From an uncultured Galactobacillus sp. (GTDB lineage Bacteria > Bacillota_I > Bacilli_A > Erysipelotrichales > Erysipelotrichaceae), in NCBI GenBank assembly GCA_964385925.1, contig CAYLQV010000006.1, forward strand, positions 25,919 through 89,918: a DNA stretch of 64,000 nt. The letters are read 5' to 3'. The notes beneath the pieces were generated by a model. That model ran no database searches, was not told where the DNA came from, and was given only the letters and a program-made list of their open reading frames with translations. Positions 23,598-31,999 of this stretch are shown here, piece by piece; positions within the stretch are counted from its first letter, which is position 1, and each line of letters starts with the position of its first letter. The translations under genes and the position numbers were made by a program.

Positions 23598-23642
23598 AGA
23601 ATGCAGATGTTATGCTAAAATAATATCTGTATTCTTTTTATT
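23598..23642 (+). terminator. Terminator after clpB, overlapping extended -10 of next gene
   Basis: AGAATGCAGATGTT...AATATCTGTATTCT + T run; loop region contains TG-C-TAAAAT. Confidence 0.7.
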
Positions 23643-23654
23643 AGGAGAGTGTAT

Positions 23655-24320
23655 ATGACAAGACAATACTGGCGTCCTTCCAATCTGCTGAATCCGGTCC
23701 CGGCCGTCATGATCAGCTGTGCTGATGAAAATGGGAAAGCAAATGTCATGACAGCAGCCTGGACAGGAACCATCTGCTCAGATCCAGTCATGGTATCCGT
23801 TTCCATACGCAAGAACAGATATTCCCATGACATCATTGCAAGGACTGGCGAGTTCGTGATCAATCTGACCAATGAACGTCTGGCGAAGGTGACGGATTAT
23901 GTCGGCGTCATGACAGGTGCCAAGATCGACAAATTCAACTTAAAGGGAGATCTGCATATCACAGCCGAACCATCCAAAGTCATCAAAGCACCCTGCATTG
24001 CTGAAAGTCCATTATGTCTGGAATGCAAAGTCAAGCAGATCCTGGAGCTTGGTTCGCATGATATGTTCATCGCTGAAGTCGTCAGCACCGATGTCGATGA
24101 AAGCCTGCTGGATGAAGCAGGCAGACTGGACCTGGCGAAAGCTGATCTGATTGCCTACAACCATGGGGAATATTTCACCCTGGGAAAGAGGATTGGTAAG
24201 TTCGGCTATTCGGTCAAGAAAGCCAGCACCATAAAGCGTGAGAAGGCAGAAAAGAAATCAGAGCACCATATTTCGTCTCAGCAGCGCAGAGATATAAAGA
24301 AAAAAAGCCGGTACAAATAA
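23655..24320 (+). CDS. Flavin reductase-like FMN-binding protein
   Basis: PVPAVMIS, NVMTAAW, GEFVINL, ECKV, GSHDMFIAEV; RBS AGGAG. Confidence 0.88.
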   Translation: MTRQYWRPSNLLNPVPAVMISCADENGKANVMTAAWTGTICSDPVMVSVSIRKNRYSHDIIARTGEFVINLTNERLAKVTDYVGVMTGAKIDKFNLKGDLHITAEPSKVIKAPCIAESPLCLECKVKQILELGSHDMFIAEVVSTDVDESLLDEAGRLDLAKADLIAYNHGEYFTLGKRIGKFGYSVKKASTIKREKAEKKSEHHISSQQRRDIKKKSRYK

Positions 24321-24349
24321 AACGAAAGCCCATCATTGAGCTCTCTTTT

Positions 24350-25168
24350 TTATAATAGATGATTTTTCATCCACTTGGCACAGCCGTCTTCATAGTAAGA
24401 ACGGGCGATATCAGTGGCATGTCGCTTTAATGAATGCATGGCATTGCCCATAGCCACGCGCGTCCCGCATACTTCGAACATTGGAATATCATTTTCGCCA
24501 TCTCCGAAGGCAGCACATTCCTCTGGATGCAGATGTTCCAGTGACATGATCTCCTGGACCGCTTTCCCTTTTGAAATGCCGATGTGCATGATCTCTAGCC
24601 AGTTGGAATTGACAAAGAAACAGGAATAATGGTCGTGGTCCAGTTCATGATAGAATCTGCGGAGCGTTGCTGGATAGCCGCAGAAGCAGAACTTGCCGAT
24701 GGATTTGTTTTCAATGACAGTCAGGTCATAATCAGCATCCTGATGATAGTATTTCTGCCGGGAGAGCTTATGTCGCAGGGCATTCATGAAAGAAAAGAGA
24801 TTCACAAAGGAACGGTGCTTTTCATCGGCCAGGTAATGTCCTGTATTGTCATAGGCGCAGTTCATCAGCATCCGATATTTTTTGAGGTAGGAAACAAGAT
24901 GCTTCTTTTCTTCTTCACTGAGGTCAGGTTTTACGATGTGCTTTCCTGAAGAACAGATATAGATATCCTGCCCATTCATGCAGGAAGCATAGTCATAGCA
25001 GTCATCCGGGATAATGTTCTGGACAGAATAAAAAGGACGTCCGGAGGAAATTGCAACAATGATCCCTTTTTTTCTCAAATCGCGCAGCGTCTGTGCAGCA
25101 AAAGGGGAAAGGAGACCGAAAGAAGAGAGCAGAGTACCATCAAGATCTAATGCAACGAGTTTAATCAT
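24350..25168 (-). CDS. Cof-type HAD-IIB hydrolase
   Basis: MIKLVALDLDGTL, SSGR, ISKGKA, AFGDGENDIPM; start placed at ATG 25168. Confidence 0.92.
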   Translation of the reverse strand: MIKLVALDLDGTLLSSFGLLSPFAAQTLRDLRKKGIIVAISSGRPFYSVQNIIPDDCYDYASCMNGQDIYICSSGKHIVKPDLSEEEKKHLVSYLKKYRMLMNCAYDNTGHYLADEKHRSFVNLFSFMNALRHKLSRQKYYHQDADYDLTVIENKSIGKFCFCGYPATLRRFYHELDHDHYSCFFVNSNWLEIMHIGISKGKAVQEIMSLEHLHPEECAAFGDGENDIPMFEVCGTRVAMGNAMHSLKRHATDIARSYYEDGCAKWMKNHLL

Positions 25169-25175
25169 GAAAACT

Positions 25176-25204
25176 ATTGTAAGTGGATTGCCAAGTAAAT
25201 ACAA
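25176..25204 (-). promoter_or_regulatory. Sigma-A promoter of Cof hydrolase gene (leaderless geometry)
   Basis: Minus strand TTGTAT-N17-TACAAT, 7 nt before ATG. Confidence 0.6.
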
Positions 25205-25251
25205 GCTTGTGATATAATAGAAAAGCTTTTTGGGATAGAGGAGTTTTACTT

Positions 25252-25755
25252 ATGAATGATTATCTGAATATAACGATTACAATTGTGTTTGCCATCCTGG
25301 CTGTTATGATGCTTGTCCGCTGGAGCAAACTGCGTGGAAAGGTCATGATCCAGGATCAGCAGTGGTCGACTCTGAGAATGGTCTTTCTGGCTTTCGGCAT
25401 TCTGTCATTCTTCACATTATTTGTGAATCAGAGTACCAATACGCTGTATGACTATCTGCGTATCGGCGCAACACTTGCTGCTGTTACTGCATACATGAGC
25501 TGCCGTGACGGCGTTGGCGAAGAAGGAATGATCTCCGCTGGAAAACTGTACCCATGGACAGAAGTCAAGGCATGGGATTATGAAGAACGTGCCAAGGTGC
25601 TGGCTTTCTACTTCCAGATTGATTCACAGAATGAGAAGAAGCCTGACAACTATACGACCAAGGAACTTGATTTTGCCAAGGATGACAAAGAAGCCATCAT
25701 GAAGTTCATGAATCTGAACCTGAGCCGCAAGTATACAAGAATGAAGAGAAAGTAA
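25252..25755 (+). CDS. Hypothetical membrane protein (about 3 TM + soluble PH-like C-terminal domain)
   Basis: RBS GAGGAG; three hydrophobic stretches then GVGEEGMISAGKLYPWTEV pattern. Confidence 0.7.
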   Translation: MNDYLNITITIVFAILAVMMLVRWSKLRGKVMIQDQQWSTLRMVFLAFGILSFFTLFVNQSTNTLYDYLRIGATLAAVTAYMSCRDGVGEEGMISAGKLYPWTEVKAWDYEERAKVLAFYFQIDSQNEKKPDNYTTKELDFAKDDKEAIMKFMNLNLSRKYTRMKRK

Positions 25756-25779
25756 TCTTCATTCTTTTTTTTATCCAGA

Positions 25780-25808
25780 TTGACAAGGAGAGTCACTGAC
25801 GGTAGACT
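25780..25808 (+). promoter_or_regulatory. Sigma-A promoter of NAD salvage operon
   Basis: TTGACA-N17-TAGACT. Confidence 0.75.
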
Positions 25809-25810
25809 AA

Positions 25811-25831
25811 TTATAGTCAATTTGACTATAA
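25811..25831. promoter_or_regulatory. Putative NrtR operator
   Basis: Perfect 21-bp palindrome TTATAGTCAA-T-TTGACTATAA with the GT-N7-AC core known for NrtR boxes, between -10 and RBS. Confidence 0.85.
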
Positions 25832-25839
25832 GGAGACTT

Positions 25840-26700
25840 ATGAGTGAAGTAAATGCTGAGGGAGAGACCCTGGAAGAGTTTCTTGAACATTACGATGAGA
25901 CAAAGTACAGGCGTCCCAGCAATACTGTCGATATGATCCTGATGACCGTATCAGAAGGCAAACTGAAGCTCCTTTTAGTAAAGCGCGGAAATCATCCATT
26001 TATTCATGACTGGGCACTGCCAGGAGGCTTTGTCAATTTTGATGAAAATCTGGATCATGCCGTTGAAAGAGAATTAGCAGAAGAGACACATATTACCAAG
26101 CATACATATTTCCGCCAGCTGTATACATTAGGCAATGCGGATCGTGATCCCCGTACCCGGATCATCTCAACGGTCTATTTATCATTGACGCCGGAAGAGA
26201 ATATCAAGGAAGCCAAGGCTGGCGATGATGCGGCAGACACTGCATGGTTCACAATCTCCAAAGTCACAGAAAAGACGGATGAACGGGGAAGGACATCGCT
26301 GCTCACCTTGGAGGATGAACAGGCTGGGATCCGGATGGAATATAGGATCTATGACAAGGCCATGCATAATTATGTTGAGACCAGGTCCGTCATGCTGAAA
26401 GGTTCCAATGTCAAGCTGGCGGCAGATCATATCAAGGCAATTAATATGGCGATGGATCAGGTGCAGAACAGAGCTGCTTCTACCGGCATCCTGTTCAACC
26501 TGCTGCCGAAGGAATGCACGCTCCGTGAGATCCAGAATGCGTATGAAGCCGTCATCGGCCATAATACGGATACCGGCAACTTCCGCCGGGATATCAAGAA
26601 GATGCTGATTGATACCGGTAAGAAAAAGAAAGTGTCCGGCAAGTCAGCGACATTATATATGTTCAACCCGATGTTCACGTATCTGGAGGAGAATCTATGA
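25840..26700 (+). CDS. nrtR: Nudix-related transcriptional regulator (ADP-ribose responsive)
   Basis: N-terminal Nudix (TVD, WALPGGFV..DE...AVERELAEET, RDPR) plus C-terminal wHTH (NFRRDIKK...ATLYMF); heads NAD genes. Confidence 0.85.
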   Translation: MSEVNAEGETLEEFLEHYDETKYRRPSNTVDMILMTVSEGKLKLLLVKRGNHPFIHDWALPGGFVNFDENLDHAVERELAEETHITKHTYFRQLYTLGNADRDPRTRIISTVYLSLTPEENIKEAKAGDDAADTAWFTISKVTEKTDERGRTSLLTLEDEQAGIRMEYRIYDKAMHNYVETRSVMLKGSNVKLAADHIKAINMAMDQVQNRAASTGILFNLLPKECTLREIQNAYEAVIGHNTDTGNFRRDIKKMLIDTGKKKKVSGKSATLYMFNPMFTYLEENL

Positions 26701-27215
26701 CCCGAGTATTGATTGTTGTTGATATGCAGAATGACTTTATCAATGGATCCTTAGGAACAGAGGAAGCAGTGCAGATCATACCGCAGGTCATCCGTGAGAT
26801 TGAGGAAGGTCATTACGATCAGATCTTTGCAACAATGGATACCCATCAGATCAACTACCTTGATACATATGAAGGAAAGAATCTGCCGGTGGAACACTGT
26901 ATCAAAGATACCAAGGGATGGCAGCTGAATCCTCTGGTGAAGGAAGCACTGGCTGGAAAGAATGCTGTAATCATTGAAAAGCCGACTTTCGGCTCAGAAG
27001 CACTGGTAAAGGCAGTCGATGCAGTCCATCCGGATGAAATCACATTGATTGGTCTATGTACGGATATCTGTGTAGCTTCGAATGCACTCATGCTGCGGGC
27101 GGCTTTCCACGAGATACCGATGCGTGTCATCTCGCATGCATGTGCAGGCGTTACGCCGGAGAAACATTCGGCAGCTTTGCAGGTCATGGCAAGCTGTCAG
27201 ATAGAGATTCAATGA
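26697..27215 (+). CDS. pncA: Nicotinamidase (isochorismatase family)
   Basis: VVDMQNDF, DTH, EHC, KPTFGS, GLCTDICV; operon context. Confidence 0.88.
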   Translation: MTRVLIVVDMQNDFINGSLGTEEAVQIIPQVIREIEEGHYDQIFATMDTHQINYLDTYEGKNLPVEHCIKDTKGWQLNPLVKEALAGKNAVIIEKPTFGSEALVKAVDAVHPDEITLIGLCTDICVASNALMLRAAFHEIPMRVISHACAGVTPEKHSAALQVMASCQIEIQ

Positions 27216-27230
27216 AAAGAGGATAAAAAT

Positions 27231-28748
27231 ATGAGCACACTAAAAGTAGAACCGTATCTTCCCGATGAAGATTATGACAATCCTGCCATGGTCACAGACT
27301 TCTATGAATTCACAATGGCAAACTGCCTTTTCATGCATGGCTACAAAGATACTGTCATGGTCTTTAACATGTTCTATCGTGAGAACCCTGACAATCAGGG
27401 ATATGCCATCAGCTGCGGTCAGCATCAGCTGATCAAGTTCCTGAGAGAGTACCATTTTACAGACCGTGATCTTGTCTATCTGCGGACCAAGGGCATGTCG
27501 GAGGAGTTCTGCGAATATCTCCGTACATATCAGTGGAAAGGTTCTGTCTATGCACTTAAAGAAGGCACCATCTGCTATCCGCAGGTGCCGATGGTCAGAA
27601 TTGAATGCGACATGGTCGGGGCTATCCTGATCGAGACATATCTCCTGCAGACAATGAACTTCCATTCATTGATTGCGACCAAGGCCACAAAGATCTCCGG
27701 CCTTTCAACGCATACACCGCGTTCTGTCATGGAATTCGGCACCAGAAGAGCACAGGGAGAATCTGCCGGCAATGAAGGAGCATATGCTGCAATCCTTGGC
27801 GGATGCATCGGTACTGCTGACTGTCTGGCTGAGATGAAGTATGGTTCTGACGTCAAGGCGGTCGGTACGATTGCACATTCCTTTATTGAATTCTATGGCG
27901 ATGAATTTGAAGCATTCAAGGCATATGCGGAAACCTATCCGGAAAATGTATCTCTGCTGCTGGATACTTACAATATTCTGGAATCCGGTCTGCCGAATCT
28001 TTTGAAGCTGGATGATTATTTGATTGCCAAGTATCCTAATGACCCAAACAAGAGAGTCAAGTCTGCCCGGATTGATTCCGGTGACCTGGCACGTGGATAT
28101 AAGAAGCTGAGAAAGGCTCTGGACGCTGCCGGCAAGACATATGTGAAACTGGTTGCTTCCAATGCATTGGATGAAAAGAAGATGGCCGATATGGAAACAT
28201 ATGAAGGAGCACGCTTTGATTCCTATGGTGTCGGTGAAAATTTGATCACAAGTTCTTCTGATCCAGTTATGGGCGGTGTTTATAAGCTGGTGGCAGTGAA
28301 AGAAAAAGATGGAACATATTCTGCCCGCATGAAGACTTCGGATTCTTCTTCTAAAGCAATTATCCCTGGTAAGCTGATGGCTTGGCGTGTCTTTGATGAA
28401 GATGGACAGGGCCAGTGCGATATCATCGGTCTCGACAATGAGAATATCGAAGCCGGCAGGGAGATTGTTATATATGATCTCAACCCGGATGCATTCCATA
28501 AATCAAGAAAAATCAAACCGCTTAAGGTTGAAAAGATCTTAGTGCCATTCCTGGAAAACGGCGAACTTGTCACAAAGATGCCGACGATTCAGGAAAAGAA
28601 GGCATATATCAAGGATCAGATTGAAAACAAAGTATGGGAGTCTGAACTGCGTCCTGAAATGCCGCACAGACATTATGTAGATCTGACCGAGAATCTGTAT
28701 AATCTGCGTGAAGAAATGTATGAAAAGCTTCATGGAGGCAGAATTTGA
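27231..28748 (+). CDS. pncB: Nicotinate phosphoribosyltransferase
   Basis: TDFYEFTM, EFGTRRAQG, GTIAHSF, LLDTYN, RIDSGDL, GVGENL, GGVYKLV. Confidence 0.95.
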   Translation: MSTLKVEPYLPDEDYDNPAMVTDFYEFTMANCLFMHGYKDTVMVFNMFYRENPDNQGYAISCGQHQLIKFLREYHFTDRDLVYLRTKGMSEEFCEYLRTYQWKGSVYALKEGTICYPQVPMVRIECDMVGAILIETYLLQTMNFHSLIATKATKISGLSTHTPRSVMEFGTRRAQGESAGNEGAYAAILGGCIGTADCLAEMKYGSDVKAVGTIAHSFIEFYGDEFEAFKAYAETYPENVSLLLDTYNILESGLPNLLKLDDYLIAKYPNDPNKRVKSARIDSGDLARGYKKLRKALDAAGKTYVKLVASNALDEKKMADMETYEGARFDSYGVGENLITSSSDPVMGGVYKLVAVKEKDGTYSARMKTSDSSSKAIIPGKLMAWRVFDEDGQGQCDIIGLDNENIEAGREIVIYDLNPDAFHKSRKIKPLKVEKILVPFLENGELVTKMPTIQEKKAYIKDQIENKVWESELRPEMPHRHYVDLTENLYNLREEMYEKLHGGRI

Positions 28749-29350
28749 AAAAAGCATTAATGTTCGGCGGTGCTTTTAATCCGCCGACCAATGCCCACAT
28801 CCGGCTGGCGGAATATGCCTGCAGAAAAACACACAGAGACTGTGTGGTTTTCATGCCTTCCAAGATGACATACATTGAAAACGATCAGCACAAATCCTTT
28901 GCATTTGATGATGAAACACGATATCAGATGCTTCAGAAGATTGCTTCGACGAGGGACTGGATGGTTGTTTCTGATCATGAGATCCATGCTGAGGAACAGC
29001 CGCGCAGCTATTATTCCCTGCAGTATCTAAAGCAGCAGGGCTATGACTGTTCACTGCTGTTTGGATCTGACAAGCTGACAGAGCTGGAAACGGGATGGAA
29101 GTATATCCATGAGATTGCCGAAGAATTCGGCATGGTGTGCATGGTAAGATCCAATGATGATGTTGCAGAGATCATCAGTCAGAATACATTTCTAAAAGGA
29201 ATCAGTTCACATATTGAAATTGTACATACGCCGGAAACATGGCAGAATGTATCTTCCAGTGAAGTAAGAGTCCTTTATCAGGAACATGCTTATGATGAAA
29301 TAGAAAAGCTGATCCCGGCAGAGCTGCAGGGACTGCGGAATTATAAGTGA
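28745..29350 (+). CDS. nadD: Nicotinate/nicotinamide mononucleotide adenylyltransferase
   Basis: FGGAFNPPTNAH, GSD, VSSSEVR; TTG start overlapping pncB stop. Confidence 0.85.
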   Translation: MKKALMFGGAFNPPTNAHIRLAEYACRKTHRDCVVFMPSKMTYIENDQHKSFAFDDETRYQMLQKIASTRDWMVVSDHEIHAEEQPRSYYSLQYLKQQGYDCSLLFGSDKLTELETGWKYIHEIAEEFGMVCMVRSNDDVAEIISQNTFLKGISSHIEIVHTPETWQNVSSSEVRVLYQEHAYDEIEKLIPAELQGLRNYK

Positions 29351-29362
29351 AGGAGACTTTTT

Positions 29363-31318
29363 ATGAAGAACCGCATGATCAAAGTAGGAAATATTGTACC
29401 GGCAATGAAAGTGGCTGATGTCGCCTTCAATGTCAAAGAGATTATCCATGCAGTCAAGGAACACACTGACTGCGGTCTTCTGGTATTCCCAGAATTATGT
29501 TTGACCGGATATACCTGTGCTGACCTGTTCGGCAGTGATGAACTGCTGCAGGCATCGGAAGAAGGACTGGCAGAGATTGCTGATGCGACCGAAGAGATTG
29601 AGGGTCTGACTGTGGTGGTCGGTCTGCCGGTGCGTTTTCAAAACAATCTGTACAACTGTGCTGCTTTTGTTTCTGAAGGGACAGTGTGCGCCCTGGTGCC
29701 GAAAATCAATCTTCCTACGTATTCAGAATTCTATGAATCAAGATGGTTCATGAGCGGAAAGGATATCAAGGATACAGATATCCTGTTTGCCGGTCAGGAA
29801 GTGCCGTTTGGCATTGACCTGCTTCTGGAAGATACCTTGAGCACTGCTGTCATTGGCACCGATATCTGCGAAGATTTATGGGTACCGGATAAGCCAAGCA
29901 CGCATGCATGTCTGGCTGGAGCAAACATCATTGTCAATCTTTCTGCTTCTGATGAGATCATTGGCAAGCAGGATTACCGCCGGAACATGGTCGCACAGCA
30001 GAGTGCTGGCTGCTACTGTGCATATTTATATGTCTCTTCCGGTGTTGATGAATCATCCACAGATCTGGTCTTCTCCGGCCACAGCATCATTGCTGAGAAC
30101 GGCAGGATCCTGCATGATTCCATTTATCCGCAGCGCACATCTGCGGCAACAGCCGTCATTGACTTAGAGACCATTGCCTACAACCGCGCACATCAGAATA
30201 CGTTTGATACGGAAAATGACAGAATCTACCGTCATATTGAAACATCCTGCAAGGCATTGGCAGGAAAGAATGACATCAGTGTAACCGAACTGAAGAATGC
30301 GCTGACAAAAGAAGATTATTTTATTGCACCGAATCCTTTCGTGCCTGCTGATGATGCAGAAAGAGGCAGAAGATGTCAGAAGATCCTGCAGATCCAGGCA
30401 AACGGACTTGCGACAAGAGTCAGAGCAACCGGTATTTATAATCTTGTCATTGGCATCTCCGGAGGCTTGGACAGTACATTGGCACTCATTGTATGTCATG
30501 AGGCACAGAAGATCGTGCCGCAGATTCATATCATCGGCTATACGATGCCGAACAAGGGACATACAACATCACTGACCTACAATAATGCGGTCAATTTGAT
30601 GAAGTCGATGGATGTTGAAATCCGTGAAGTTGCGATTGAAAAACCTGTCCACGATCATCTTGTGGCTCTTGGCCATGGCGATGAATACAAAGGAGAAGGC
30701 GATACCGCATATGAAAATGCGCAGGCTAGAATGCGCACATACATATTGATGGATGCTGCCAATATGGAAAATGGACTTGTCGTCGGCACCGGTGATCTGT
30801 CAGAGCTTGCATTAGGATGGTGCACATACAACGGCGATCATATGTCAATGTACGGTGTCAATGTGTCCGTGCCAAAGACCTTGGTGCAGTATATCTGCAG
30901 AACGTATGCTGAGACATGCGGGGATGCAGAACTGGCTGAAATCCTGATCAGTATTGTTGAAACACCTATCTCGCCGGAATTGACTCCAAGCAAAGGCGGC
31001 AAGATTGCCCAGAAGACAGAAGATAAGATTGGCAAGTATGATCTGAATGACTTCTTCCTGTTCTATACACTGCGTTATGGATTTGGACCGCAGAAGGTCA
31101 TGGCCTTTGCCATGAAGGCATATCCGCAGGTGACGAAGGCTGCGATGAAGGAGGCAATGATCCGCTTCTATAATCGTTTCTTCCATCAGCAGTTCAAGCG
31201 CTCCTGTCTGCCGGATGGCCCGAAGGTCGGTTCTGTTACCTTGTCGCCTCGAGGCGACTGGCGGATGCCGTCTGATGCATCGGTATCACTGTGGATTGAT
31301 TCTGTTAAGAAAGCATAA
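29363..31318 (+). CDS. nadE: Glutamine-dependent NAD+ synthetase
   Basis: Nitrilase domain (FPEL, PK, ICEDLW) fused to synthetase (GISGGLDSTLA, ENAQARMR, GTGDLSE, SPEL). Confidence 0.97.
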   Translation: MKNRMIKVGNIVPAMKVADVAFNVKEIIHAVKEHTDCGLLVFPELCLTGYTCADLFGSDELLQASEEGLAEIADATEEIEGLTVVVGLPVRFQNNLYNCAAFVSEGTVCALVPKINLPTYSEFYESRWFMSGKDIKDTDILFAGQEVPFGIDLLLEDTLSTAVIGTDICEDLWVPDKPSTHACLAGANIIVNLSASDEIIGKQDYRRNMVAQQSAGCYCAYLYVSSGVDESSTDLVFSGHSIIAENGRILHDSIYPQRTSAATAVIDLETIAYNRAHQNTFDTENDRIYRHIETSCKALAGKNDISVTELKNALTKEDYFIAPNPFVPADDAERGRRCQKILQIQANGLATRVRATGIYNLVIGISGGLDSTLALIVCHEAQKIVPQIHIIGYTMPNKGHTTSLTYNNAVNLMKSMDVEIREVAIEKPVHDHLVALGHGDEYKGEGDTAYENAQARMRTYILMDAANMENGLVVGTGDLSELALGWCTYNGDHMSMYGVNVSVPKTLVQYICRTYAETCGDAELAEILISIVETPISPELTPSKGGKIAQKTEDKIGKYDLNDFFLFYTLRYGFGPQKVMAFAMKAYPQVTKAAMKEAMIRFYNRFFHQQFKRSCLPDGPKVGSVTLSPRGDWRMPSDASVSLWIDSVKKA

Positions 31319-31324
31319 GCATGA

Positions 31325-31352
31325 GACATTCCGGTAAAACGGAATGTTTTTT
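31325..31352 (+). terminator. Terminator after nadE
   Basis: GACATTCCG-gtaaaa-CGGAATGTT + T run. Confidence 0.8.
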
Positions 31353-31360
31353 GTTATAAT
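31352..31360 (+). promoter_or_regulatory. Extended -10 promoter (leaderless geometry)
   Basis: TG-T-TATAAT, 6 nt before ATG 31367. Confidence 0.6.
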
Positions 31361-31366
31361 CATTCT

Positions 31367-31999
31367 ATGAATACAGTTATTTGGGACTACAACGGAACCA
31401 TTATTGATGATGTCAGGATATCAGTTGCAATTGAGAATCAGATGTTGGAGGAAAGGCATCTGAAAGCTGGGTATACGCTCGAACAGTACCGCTCTTTATT
31501 CTTCTATCCAATTATTGATTATTACTATAAGATTGGATACACTTTTACGACGGAAACTTATGAAGAGATGGCAGAAGAATTCAATCATCTCTATGATCAG
31601 AAATTTGATGAGTGCGGTCTGTGTGATGGATTTATTGAGAAAATCAAGGAGAGTATCAGCAGAGGCTGCCGAAATGTGATCCTGTCAGCCTGCGAGCATA
31701 ACCTGCTCAATCAGCAGTGCAGACAGCTTGGCATTGACGGCTACTTCGATGAGATCCTCGGCATCGACAACAGCTGGGCTGGCAGTAAAGTTCAGATGGC
31801 AAAGGACTGGATGAATCATGCTGATGTTGATCCAGCGGAGTGCATTTATCTCGGCGATACCACGCATGATCTGGAAACAGCCAATGCCATCGGCATCCAG
31901 CATTGCATCCTGATCGGCCAGGGCCATCAGTCGTATGAAACATTGAAAGAGACGGGTGCTGAAGTAAGGCACACCTTGAAAGAAGTGGAACTGATATGA
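31367..31999 (+). CDS. HAD-IA family hydrolase (phosphoglycolate-phosphatase-like)
   Basis: WDYNGTIIDD, ILSA, YLGDTTHDLETA. Confidence 0.9.
   Translation: MNTVIWDYNGTIIDDVRISVAIENQMLEERHLKAGYTLEQYRSLFFYPIIDYYYKIGYTFTTETYEEMAEEFNHLYDQKFDECGLCDGFIEKIKESISRGCRNVILSACEHNLLNQQCRQLGIDGYFDEILGIDNSWAGSKVQMAKDWMNHADVDPAECIYLGDTTHDLETANAIGIQHCILIGQGHQSYETLKETGAEVRHTLKEVELI

Noticed and set aside
27705-28499. 264-aa antisense ORF inside pncB
   Set aside because: Antisense shadow; no motif or RBS
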